A DNA stretch of 61,412 bases, counting the filler, from Sphacelaria rigidula (taxonomy: Eukaryota): assembly GCA_964200075.2 (NCBI GenBank). It is 9 parts of 9 records of this genome, joined end to end, with 100 filler letters (N's around TTAATTAATTAA, not from the genome) between each part and the next. Parts side by side here need not be neighbours in the genome. Positions count along the whole stretch, not along the records: positions 1 to 6,735 come from CAXNAA020018345.1; positions 6,836 to 13,570 come from CAXNAA020018346.1; 7 more parts are not named here. One strand, written 5' to 3'. This document shows, piece by piece, positions 1 to 10,536 of the stretch. The notes beneath the pieces were generated by a model. That model was not told the DNA's origin and did not search any database. It saw only the letters and a program-made list of their open reading frames with translations. The position numbers were made by a program, and so were the translations under genes. Every line of letters starts with the position of its first letter. The stretch's first letter is position 1.

Positions 1-60
1 ATGCGTGGTCAATGGTCAAACGACTAAGGCAAGCAACAAATGCGTACACCACCCCCCCCC
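1..60 (+). repeat. Dispersed repeat family A, fixed end followed by poly(C)
   Basis: atgcgtggtcaatggtcaaacgac...gtacaccaccccc aligns with the ends of the copies at 6300-6356 and 45797-45850. Confidence 0.75.
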
Positions 61-297
61 CCCCCTCTCCCCTCAAAGAGTATTATTGTGAACGGTCAAG
101 TCAGGAGACAGCACTTCAAAATTCGAAAGTGCAGACTTACAAAGTCCGAAAGTGCAGAAATATAAAATCCTCAAGAGCAGAAATACAAAATCCTCAAGTA
201 TTTTATTCACTTCGTCATGCTCCACGTCATCCCCAAACACTGCTTTCAGTCGTCACCACACTTGCCAACATTTTCGTATTACACAACCCAACCGCAG

Positions 298-575
298 CCG
301 GACAAAGATCGACAATTCAGGGTCTCGTGACGGGCGTCCATTGGGGCTTCGGCTTTGGCTTCGGGGCGATCGGGGGCGGGATGATGTACAAGGGTCTCGG
401 CGCCAAGAAATGCTTCCTTGTGAGCTCGGCCCTGCCAACCATGGCGCTCGTGCTGCTTTGCTTGCCTGCGGCGACCGCGCTGTGTAAGGGGCGGGGAAAG
501 CCGAGAAGAGATCGGCGGAAATGCGGTGGTGCATCGGGGGAGTACGAGCTCATCAGCAAGGTAAATTGCAGATAA
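298..575 (+). CDS. Terminal exon of an MFS transporter (MFSD6-like), partial gene
   Basis: Acceptor ccgcag| at 297. Translation STIQGLVTGVHWGFGFGFGAIGGGMMYKGLGAKKCFLVSSAL matches the C-terminal TM motif of the MFSD6/MFS_1_like family (T.QG....H.G.G.G.G...GG). Stop TAA at 573-575. Confidence 0.75.
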
Positions 576-1050
576 ACAGCAAGCAACAAAAAGCGTGATC
601 ATTCAGTTGACCATGTCGGATAGGATCCGAATTGCTATACTAATGTGGAGTTGACGTGCCACAAGCCGGTGGGGTTAGACTCCTGTATCTTGTATAGAAC
701 GATACTCGGAAGTTGACTTGCAATACTGCACGAGCCAGCTCTTCCGGTTATATTTTCGTTTTATTTTTATACACACAACACACACATGCACTCATCGTAA
801 GGTTTTTTTGGCTGATCGTCACGGGTTGACATGTACTGAGTTCAAGGTTGTTGGCTGATGAAAGACGCAGTTGTCGGGCAAAAATGCATATCTCCCAGCA
901 ACAAAACGGCAGCCAAATGATTTTGTTGCTCCGAGCCGGGAAAGGACACACGAGGAACTTTGCGGAGACGCTGGTGCAGTTTCTGTTTTTCTCAAATGTC
1001 GACAGCCAAATGATAAACCCCTAGAATTTTCTTCGTCATATACCTCTCTC

Positions 1051-1150
1051 GCGCCCCGGTGGTGTAATGGTCCGACTGTCGTCATTAGGGTGGAGAGAAC
1101 GAAGGTTCGATTCCCGACGCGAGGTTCGATTCCCGACGCGTTGGGTTTTT
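1051..1150 (+). mobile_element. tRNA-derived SINE head / tRNA pseudogene with duplicated B-box
   Basis: A-box TGGTGTAATGG (1060-1070). B-box GGTTCGATTCC occurs twice in a 19-bp tandem duplication (1103-1121, 1122-1140), followed by a T-run. No intact cloverleaf. Confidence 0.6.
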
Positions 1151-2000
1151 CCTTCTTAGTATCTGATTTGCACTGTGGAAAGCGTGAGAACGTGAGTAAA
1201 CAAAGTAGTCGACTGAGTTTGTTTGGCGTGATTTGACGCGGTGCGGTAGTGCTGACCCAACCCGCGAGACAAAAATGCAAGGCGTGTACCGGGGAGAGAT
1301 GGGTTAATCCCTTGAGACCACGGACTCGTTCCCGCGAAGGAAAGGGGTGTTATTCAAAGTGCGAAAAAAGAAGAAGGATTTTTTGGTTCCCATGTCAAGA
1401 GCTGGCAATGGCGCTTTTCCGAAGGCTGTTCGCATGACCAGTGTTACACGTGTCTCTATCACGCGTTCACGTTCCTGAACCGCTTCGAAGATAGTCGGTC
1501 ATGCGAAATTCGTGCCCAATTCAGAGATGGTCATGTGACACTTGTGCCTGGCTTAGAGATAGTCATGGCATATTTCCCTTTTATTCTGCCGTTTGGTTCG
1601 ACGATGGTCATTCGTCATTTTGTTCGGCAAAGCGGATCACGTGTACTGCCGTACCGACCGGGATAAATCCGCCAAACCGGGTTGCCGTGCGAAAACCCCT
1701 CAAGTCGGTGCAGCGTACGCGCCGTTTCGGGACAAAACGTGCTGGCTCGGGAAATAAAGTACCGGTTCACTGATTTTTGTGGAAGTTGAGGCTTCAGCAT
1801 CATTGTGTTACGTTTCGGGGAAATTCATGTTCCGGTTCGGGTAATTGAACGCATGTCCAGCAGTTCAAAGGATCCCGCGGAATACATGTGTGTTTTCCCG
1901 CTTCGAAGTGGTCAAGTGAGAGCTTGCTCTGCAGGTGAACAGCCTTGGCTTTTTCAGGCAGCAAGCACAGGGGGAGAGGTTGTTGAGGGGGTACGGGGGG

Positions 2001-2176
2001 AGGGGTGCACTCATGACCTTGCATGCCATAGTCATATGACCATTGACCTCGCATCCCTACGAAGCCGGGACGGAGCACGCCGGGTTTTCACCGGACCAGG
2101 CTCGGAATCAATCACCAAGCGCGTAAAAACCGAGATGTGTTCGGCGAGTCGCGAGAAGAGTGAGCTGCACCCTGCG
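2001..2176 (-). repeat. Dispersed repeat family A copy
   Basis: gaccattgacctcgcatccctacgaagccgggacggagcacgccgggttttc is the reverse complement of the family core. G-rich tracts flank both sides. Confidence 0.85.
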
Positions 2177-5100
2177 GTAGGGGGGAGGTGGAGGATGGAA
2201 GGAGGATAGGAAGGCAACGCTACTAAAATTATACGTCGCTTACACGCGACGATTTTCAGCGCAAGTTGTTGTTCTTGTTTTCATGTTAAAGACCGTTATA
2301 ATGTCTACGCAGTACCGCTTACTTCCGTACTGGGCGTCTAATGCGAACGCGTCCGTGATTACAGGCTAACTATTTTGGGTATATGGACATCAATAAAAGT
2401 AAATAGTGCAATACAACAGAAAGAAATGATGAGTACCCCCAAAATATCCGATGCCGCAGGCGACCATCAACACTCATGGAGAGCCCAACACTCCGCTTCA
2501 ACCCGCGAGGCCAAGCAGAAGTAAAACCACGATCAAGAACCAAACATCACTGACACCTTCTACGATAGCCCCCCCCCCCCCAAAAAAAGTGCCTGGTTAG
2601 GGGAGGCCAAATCTTCCGTGAATCGAAGTGGAAGAAGCCGAGGATAACGAGCAGCTGGGGCTTCCCACGCTTGGATTTGTTCTCGCCGATGTCGCCCATA
2701 TGAGGCGCTTCATGCAGCCTGAACCCAAACATCAGGGGCTGTATGACCATTTTTTCTCGAGACTTTTGGGCTGGTTTTCGGGGGGTGGTTATCGTATAAC
2801 ATGTCCACTAACCATATCAAGCATCTTTACCCAGCAAAACACGCCTCTATACAGTCATTATACTATAGCAGTACTCTTGTTTGTTGGCTGTTTAGTGTGC
2901 CCTTGCCCCAAACCCAAATACAACCCCAAAAAACCAAGTCCGAATTCATTCGTTCATTCTCAACCTTATGATCGCATATCGCACCCGCAACGCGTCTTTT
3001 CTTCACGACCCACAGGGCGAGGGCTGCACCGACCACTGCACGGATGAAGAGATGGCGGACGAGGGCGAAGATTTGGAAACCCTTACCATCGCGCTCAGCA
3101 TCAGCCATACCACGTCTGCATCGAGCATCGCAGACGACACGAGGGTCGTTTAAACATTTTTATTGTGGTACTCTGTGTATTTCGCATGCTACAGGTCGGG
3201 AAAAGGATCGGCGATCGGTAAATAAGTACGTACACATGTATATGCGCTATGCATGGTTTCTCTATCGGAGGAACGATCGAAAGGCCGTATTACTTATGCC
3301 GGATACGTGCAGTCATTTTCATGAAGAAGATACGGTATATATATGACGCGCGTGTTTTCCTCCATTTGAGGGTAGTGGAATCATGACGAGCGTTCTTGTC
3401 GGGAAAGATATCACTAGACCGAGGCGTTTGCGTTTTTCCCTAGGACAGGGCACTCTGAATCGAACTGTGTTTTTTGTTCACCCGTTGTAAACGTGATCAT
3501 GCTTCTTTGCGTCGGTGCTGGAGTACAAGCATCGGAAGCGTGCCATTTTTTTTCGCTGTGTGTGTTGGAGTATGTCCGTGTGTGTGCGGCTTTCACCTGG
3601 ATGTATTGAGCGGTTGGTATGTCGTTCTTCGACGCGATGTTCCCGTGTGTGTATGTATCAGAGAAATTATTGTAACCCCATCCAGAAGTTACCGTATATT
3701 TATTCCCAGAAATATGACCATTCGACGTAGTGCCGTTCAAAATTATTGGAATTGCCAGGTGTGCTGCATTTTTACAGCATATGAACCGATTTCATGAACA
3801 CCATAGATGTGAATGTTGAGGATTGCGCAGTCAGTTCATCCATTCGCCGTCAACTTGATCCGCAAAGTCGGTTACGCGCAGCCGCCAGGTGTGGAGATGA
3901 CCTCTGGATGAAGCTTTTTCCCCCAGAAGATAGCAGGGTCTCACCGGATGCCTACGCAGTACAGTGCTACCTTGCTGTTAATCGGTTCGGTTACTGCTGC
4001 TGATGATGATGATGCCCACCTACATTCAAGGCACCAAGCATCGTCTTATAATTGTGTTGTGTATTTACTGGCGGTACACCGTGTCCTTCGGTCGTCGATT
4101 TTCTCGGGCGTGGCCTTTTTGACAACACTAGTGTGCAGCGTGATTGATTTGGTGAAAAAGACACTGGAAAAACATGAAATCCTCATTGCGGCGCCACGCT
4201 CCATCTATGAGGTTGAATCATTGTTCGGATAACTGCCGGTTCCAGCTTGTATTCAAGGTAAGGAAACACCATTCTTACGTGGTTACCAGGAGCACAGAAA
4301 CGAAATCACCAAGTCAACAAGGAAGTGGGCAAGTTGTTGTCTACAGACAGTAGTGAGGCAGTCGCAAATTATGCTGGGGTGCGGCTTATCCACGCAGCTA
4401 ATTTTGCGTGCTTGGTCTGTATTTGAACTTGTGAACAAGATGTTTTTTTGACAGCGAGGGGGGGGGGAAATCGTGTGTGTGTAAACATGTGCGTATGTGA
4501 CTGTCATTGTTGCCGTGCAGGAAGGGCATGCGGTACTACTATACTACGGTAATCATGATGCGGTAGCAGTCAATTTGTATATTTTTTGTATATACTGTAC
4601 TAATTTCAAAAGGAAGGAACGTTTTAAAGGTTGACGCTCAATTATTACGCGCATCTCATTGTTTGTGGGGATAGGATCGGCTCATTTTGGTGGCTTTCTT
4701 GGCCTTCGACACACTTGACTTGCCACCGTTTTTCGCCCGAGAAAAGGGAATTGGTCCCGACGCGTTTCGGACGCTGTGGAATACCTCACTGAGAGGACTC
4801 TAGCCCGCTTGTGCGTTCGTTAGGCTCTAAGGTGGTGGGAGAGGTTGCTAAAAAAATACAGTCGGAACTAAAAACACGTGGTATTTACCACTCGTCGGAC
4901 GAGTCATTACTCGTCGAAACGAGTGCAACCGTGAATGTTTTTTGAAAACACACCGAGCATGACTCGTGAGCTCGAGTGATTTTTTTTTTTTTACAACGGG
5001 CAATGACTCGAGTGCTCGTCCTATTAGTTTATTCCACGATGCGCAATGACTCGAGTGCTCGCCCTGTTATTAATGTTTTTTCGCAACTAGCGATCAGTGT

Positions 5101-6059
5101 GATGATGGCGAGATGGACTTTGGCACCTTCCTGGTATATGCATAAACTCGTAGCCTGTACCGTTAGATACATGATATGAGAGAGCATGCACACACAAGAA
5201 AGCGGGCACGGGTAGCAGTATTCTCCGAGAGTGACTGTGCAGCTTGGAAGTGCTTTGATGTAAAACAAGACACGGGGATTGATGGTACCTTCAGGAGACC
5301 TTTGGAAATACACCTATAAAAAAAAATCTCGAGCTTGCACGTACTACGTACTCACTTGGCGGTACTCTAGTCTGGTGGTGCTCGACAGAATACGACGGAA
5401 TATTCCCCAGCAGCTGTGTTTGGTCCCCTCGCTCATGTGTCTTCTTATTTTCCGCTGCCATTATTTCCCCCCCTATCGTTTCCTCCTGTCTAGTTTTGCT
5501 TTTTTTCGCTGTAGGTGGGAGTTTTTTTTGTCTCAGTTTATCCGCCCTTCGCAAGTCCTCGTCGAGCACACGTTTATGCACGTGTGTCTTATCATAGCAA
5601 CATCTGCCACCTTTGAAAAGATAGACTGAACCTCAAAACTCACGTACGGACGAAAACGTGCGGGAAAATATCGGATTGCCGGTTTCACCGCCTCGCAAGG
5701 CGGGCGTGATCCATAATTTTGTCTCCCGCTTTTCGAATGAGAATACATCTCGCGTTCAGTAGCTGCGACAACGCAGTTTTAACTTCTGTCAACTGTTATC
5801 AAAATGGAGTGCGCTTGAGCCCTGTTTCGATTGGGCATCGTACACGGCTACACATACTCCGACGCACGTCACTGGTCGGTGAAGTGTTTTACTGACACGC
5901 ACCACGGCCTTTTGGAACATTGAGAATTCGCCCCCTCGTGAACATCAAATCAGGCACAAGCCCAAACGCAGCCAAAAATCAAACCGGAACAATTACAGTG
6001 CACACAAGCTCTACACCTCGCCCCTCCGCCCTCTCAATGGTATACCCTTTCCCTTCTCC

Positions 6060-6356
6060 CATGAAGCAGTGTGTGACCCGTGGCTGTCTCTGGAAGTGAC
6101 GATACCAGCAAAAGAAGCAACTCATTGGAGACTGCCATCCATATGCAAGGCAGTCAGTACCCTTCGGGCCAAAAAATCTCAGCAGGGCGCAGCTCACCAT
6201 TAATGCGACTCGCCGAACACATCACGGTGCTTCGCGCTTGGTGATTGAGTGCGAGCCTCGTCCTGCGAAAACCTGGCGTGCTCAGTCCCGGCTTTGGAAG
6301 GATGCGAGGTCAATGATTACATGACAACGGCATGCAAGATCACGACTACACCCCTT
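6060..6356 (+). repeat. Dispersed repeat family A copy
   Basis: ggctgtctctggaagtgacgataccag...gcgactcgccgaacac...gatgcgaggtcaatg aligns with 45575-45850 and 61225-61412. Confidence 0.85.
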
Positions 6357-6542
6357 CAGTGATCAAATACCTAAAGCAAGCAACGAATGAGCGCATCCGA
6401 TCCTCCCCCTGCCCCCCCCCCGCCACAGCCCCTGACAAATGACAAATACAGCACGCATACCTAAAAACAAGCAAAACCGACCATTGATTTTACGCCCGCT
6501 GGTGTAAATAGCACGTTGAATATGGCAGTCGTCCAGCACCAG

Positions 6543-6735
6543 CAGTGTTGTGAACCGAAGCTGAAAATGGTTCGGTCGGTTTTTCGGTTTTTCTCGAAAA
6601 AGTCGGTCGGTTTCGGTCGTTTTTTTTAAAAAAAAACGAAAAAAACCGAAACCGAAACCGAGCACTTCTCGGTCGGTTTTTCGGTCGGTTTTTCGACGAA
6701 ACGAAAAAACAAAAATATTTTTTCGAATTTTCGAA
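6543..6735 (+). mobile_element. Left end of a hAT-like DNA transposon/MITE, truncated by the contig end
   Basis: Starts CAGTGTTGTGAACCG and carries dense subterminal AACCG/CGGTT/TCGGTCGG repeats in both orientations, typical of hAT ends. Confidence 0.6.
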
Positions 6736-6835
6736 NNNNNNNNNNNNNNNNNNNNNNNNNNNNNNNNNNNNNNNNNNNNTTAATTAATTAANNNNNNNNN
6801 NNNNNNNNNNNNNNNNNNNNNNNNNNNNNNNNNNN
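6736..6835. other. Artificial contig spacer (N44-TTAATTAATTAA-N44). Identical spacers at 13571-13670, 20406-20505, 27241-27340, 34076-34175, 40911-41010, 47745-47844 and 54579-54678
   Basis: Identical 100-bp linker with stops in all six frames. The segments between linkers are 6735 or 6734 bp, as expected for length-sorted contigs concatenated together. Confidence 0.97.
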
Positions 6836-9479
6836 CGTGATCTGTATAGATGTGGAAAGGCACGTGGAACAAGTACTGTCGAAGCCGTTTAATAGCCCAA
6901 GTTATGACTCCGCCTTCGAGTTCGAGTGGACTCCAGTTTGCCTCGTTTGGGAGGGTTGCGTGGCTGATATACAAAATAGATCGGACAGAGCCATCCAATT
7001 GGGGCTGATTCAAAACTGCGCCGAACTCATCTGTGCTAGCATCGGTGTGTAGTTGGAAAAGACGTGAGCGGTCTTGTACCGCATCCCAATCCGGAAAACA
7101 AAGAACCGGTTTTTCGGTCAGTGTTTTGAGCAATTCGCGGACGGTAGCTTCCATTTCTTTAGTGAAGACAAACGGGACGTTCTTCTTCAATAAACCGGTG
7201 ATCGGCCGGATCCGCGTGGACAAGTTGGGCAAAAAATTGCGATAATAAGAAAGTCCGCCCAACAGCGAGCGAAGCTGTGGAATATTGGTGGGCATGGGCA
7301 TATCAGCCATAGCTTTGACCTTGTTCGTGTCTGGGTGCAATCCAGCAGGAGAGATAGAGTGTCCCAAAAAATCCAAATCAGTCGCTCCGAGTCGAGCTTT
7401 GGATGGAGAGAAATTCAAGGCGTGTGTACGCAAGCGGGAGAGGAATGCCCGTAGAGTGCGAACATGCGCCTTGGGGGAGGCATCAAAAGAGATAGCATCG
7501 TCTAGATACATGATAACATGCTCGAGACCGTCAGTAACGCGTTGCATGAGGCGTTGAAAGCAGCCAGGTACGGTGGCAGCGCCTTGTGGCATACGAAGCC
7601 ATTCATGAAGCCCTGAAGATGTGCAGAACGCTGCTAAGGGAACTGTATCGGTGTGAATTTCGTTTTGGAAAAATCCAGATGCGAGATCGAAAGTGCTGAA
7701 TATTTTCCTTCGCCGAGAGAGTCGAAGACTTCGTGGATGCGAGGTATGGGGATTTTTCCCACGACAGTGACTCGATTCAGCCGTTTGTAATTCACGGGAA
7801 TGCGTATGTTGCCATCTTTTTGGGGGACGACCACGAGGGGTGAGGCTCATGGCGAAGACGAGTGTTGAATCAGACCAGCTCCTAAGTATGCATCCAAAAT
7901 AGCATTGACTTTTTTGATGAGGAGGGGATTCGTTCGATATGATCGAGATGAGATGGGCGAAACGCCAGGTTGCAGGGTTATCTCGAATGGTAATGTTTTA
8001 CAATGCCCGAGATCCGTCTTGGATCGGGAAAACCTGTCCTGGTATTCCAGGAGAACATCGTGTAACTCTCGGATGACAGCGGGCTCCCAGCCCGGACCAT
8101 GTGGGTCGAAATGGATATCACGCAAGTGAGGTGGAAGTTGGCGCCACATTTGTAGGAAGTGTTCCCGAGACTCGATCGATAAGCGTTGAAGCACTTCATC
8201 AGGAGGTTCAGCAGGTGGTCGGTCGGATTCTACCGCAGAAATCCGAGTGGGGGGTGAGGGGGATAAATCAAAGTATGGCTCATCAACGCAGTGAACACAA
8301 CCATCAGTCGGCGGTGTGGGACCAGGCGCCGGAGGGTCGGCTACGCAGGTATCTAGAGGAAGGTGCATAAGAGGAGCCGCGGCGATGTCCAAGACATCGC
8401 CAGGTTCCAAATTAGCATGGCCTGTGAGAGGCAGGAGTTGTTCGCCGTTCGAGACAAGATGCTCAGTGCCAGCGGGCCCGCCAACTTTAGGCAGCAACTC
8501 CGCAAGGTAGTGGCCGGTGAGGGCAGGCATGCCGTTGCGGCGAACAAGTAAAACTTCCAAGAGTTGAGGCTCGTCGGAAAGGGTGGCGCCAGAACTGCCA
8601 TTGTATCGAAGGTGGTAAGCCGCTCCGATAGCCTGCTCATTCTTATTGTAGGCCAAGGCACCACTGAGGGTACCAAAGTGCTCTAGTTGGAGTTCTCCAC
8701 GAGGCGCCGACTAAGGCGATAATGGTGGTCGAACCGCATGTAGCTATCTCTGCTAAGAAGGAGAGCATGATGCATGGTGCTATCAGGGACGATGTAAGCC
8801 CAGACTGCGAGCCTAGCCGAACGTGTACCATTGTAGAAAAATTGCACACCAAGACGAACAGATTTTCGTGTCGTCAACGTTGTTTTGGAGTCGCCGAAAC
8901 CGCCCCAAACGCGAGGTTGGGTGGTGATTTCGCAGGCATCGGAAGCAGCGCTAGTCTGCTTCATGTTATTCCACATGGATTCTTTGATGAATGTCTGTGG
9001 ACTACCGCTGTCTAACAACGAGACGCACTTGGCACGCGTGGTGGCGTGAGGGCCGCAGTGTCATGCTACGCGGGTAGTGAAGGTGGCAGGATCAACGGAC
9101 ACCTTACCACCAACGAGGTCAGGGCCATGTTCAGATAATGTGAATTGGCCAGGACCGTGAAGACGGATGGCGGGTGATCCGCGGGGGGTTCAAAGGTATC
9201 GGTAGACAGGGTGGGGGCGTGATCCGATCGTGAAGGGCAGCGTGAATCAGGATTTTGATCAATCTCGTAGGTGACTGGCTTGGAAGTACAATGGTCATCA
9301 TTGAAGATAGATTGCCGCGAAGTGCCACGGGGGTCATCAGTGGAGGAAGCGGTACTGTCTGAAAGGTCCGATTTGGATTCCTCTTGGATGCCTGGCAATG
9401 TCCTCGAGCTCAAAGTCGCCGCTGTTTGTCCTACCGTCGGCGCCAGTGTAGTAAGGATAGGTATGGACAGGCTCCACAC
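6836..9479 (-). pseudogene. pol: Gypsy pol, 5' half: aspartic protease, reverse transcriptase and N-terminal RNase H (frameshifts and stops)
   Basis: Protease CVSLLDSGSPQTFI (~9000-9030). RT motifs FSTFDLASGFFQ, WLRMPQG, IMYLDD (~7500) and FLGHSIS. RNase H LHTDAS, LELE, IYTDH. Spread over several frames. Confidence 0.93.
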
Positions 9480-9498
9480 ACCTTCCTTGTATGATCAA

Positions 9499-9936
9499 TG
9501 TGCTGCAAGCTATGCACAAGGTACAATGATGTGTCCGAGAGATATATGTGTTTCCACACACAGGTTCACGTGACTGATGGTCAACAGTAGCAAACGAACA
9601 AAAGGAGCTCGTAGGCTTGATATCTTGTAATTCTCGCTTATTATTCTCTTGCTCGCCTAGCGTACTGTTCTCACCAAAGGTAAGCAGTAGGAGCAGATGG
9701 TCCAGCTCGGAGGGCAGCTCAAAGAGTGACCGAGGATGCATGCGACGCAACCTATCTGATCTAGGCCCGAAAAGGTGTTCCTTCTCCTCGGGGCTAGAGT
9801 ACACAAGTCTGTACGCCAACCTTCCTCAGAACGATGGGAGTATTCCCATGGACAGATCGGATGATCTGTAAGCCAACCTGCCCCAAAACTGTCTGAAGGG
9901 AAAAATAACGCCTCTCTATCTTCCTTCCTCATGACA
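9499..9936 (-). repeat. Putative LTR of the Gypsy element (~440 bp)
   Basis: On the minus strand, the purine tract GGGTGGGTGAG (9947-9937) is immediately followed by TGTCATGAGG. The 3' end at ...GCAGCACA (9499) is a best guess. No canonical TGG-PBS was recognised. Confidence 0.55.
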
Positions 9937-10536
9937 CTCACCCACCCAGACGAACCTCTATTTGAGTTGCGATGGAATCTCAAGAGCAACTAAAATTGAA
10001 GCTTGTCCCACCCATCAAGTCATGAGGAGACAACGCGAAAAAAAAACAAGAGGGCAATGACCAGCCCGGTGCCCGATCCCCCCACACCTCAAACAACAGA
10101 AACCAAAGGTGCCTCAAAAAACGCAATTACGCAATTGCGATTGACTGCGCAGTAGCACACAATGCTGCTGCAAGCTAGCGAACAGACGAAAAAAGCACAC
10201 AATGCTTTGACGCGCTAGCTAGATAAAAAACAAAGAAAAATCTCGCAACGGACACAGTGGCAATCTCAAGGAAGGAAGCAGAAAGTCAAAGACCCGAAAA
10301 GGGTAGTGCCAGCCGAACAAAGTGGTGGCAGCGTAGAAACCAATGGAAGGGGCGAAGGGGATTCAAAGGAAGGCGTCGAAGGGGTCGATGGGGGCAGAGA
10401 TGAGCCGTGACAGGAGAGCCATTGTTGGTGAAGCAGTGAAGAGGAGAGCGTACCTGAGTAGGGATAAGGGAAGTACCAGAACCAAACTGGGAGGGGAGAG
10501 AAAAATCGCAATAAAAGGAGTGCAAAGAGATAGGAC

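Noticed and set aside
850..900. Hammerhead ribozyme at CTGATGA
   Set aside because: No correctly placed GAAA and closing stems were found here or at the other CTGATGA sites.
6780..6791. Recurrent TTAATTAATTAA at a regular ~6835-bp period as a biological repeat
   Set aside because: It is always embedded in N-runs, so it is an artificial six-frame-stop linker.
9059..9936. 878-bp LTR bounded by the TGTCATG...CATGACA inverted 7-mer
   Set aside because: The 9059 motif lies inside the pol-like reading region leading into the protease (DPATFTTRVA*HCGPH..CVSLLDSG), so it is probably coincidental.
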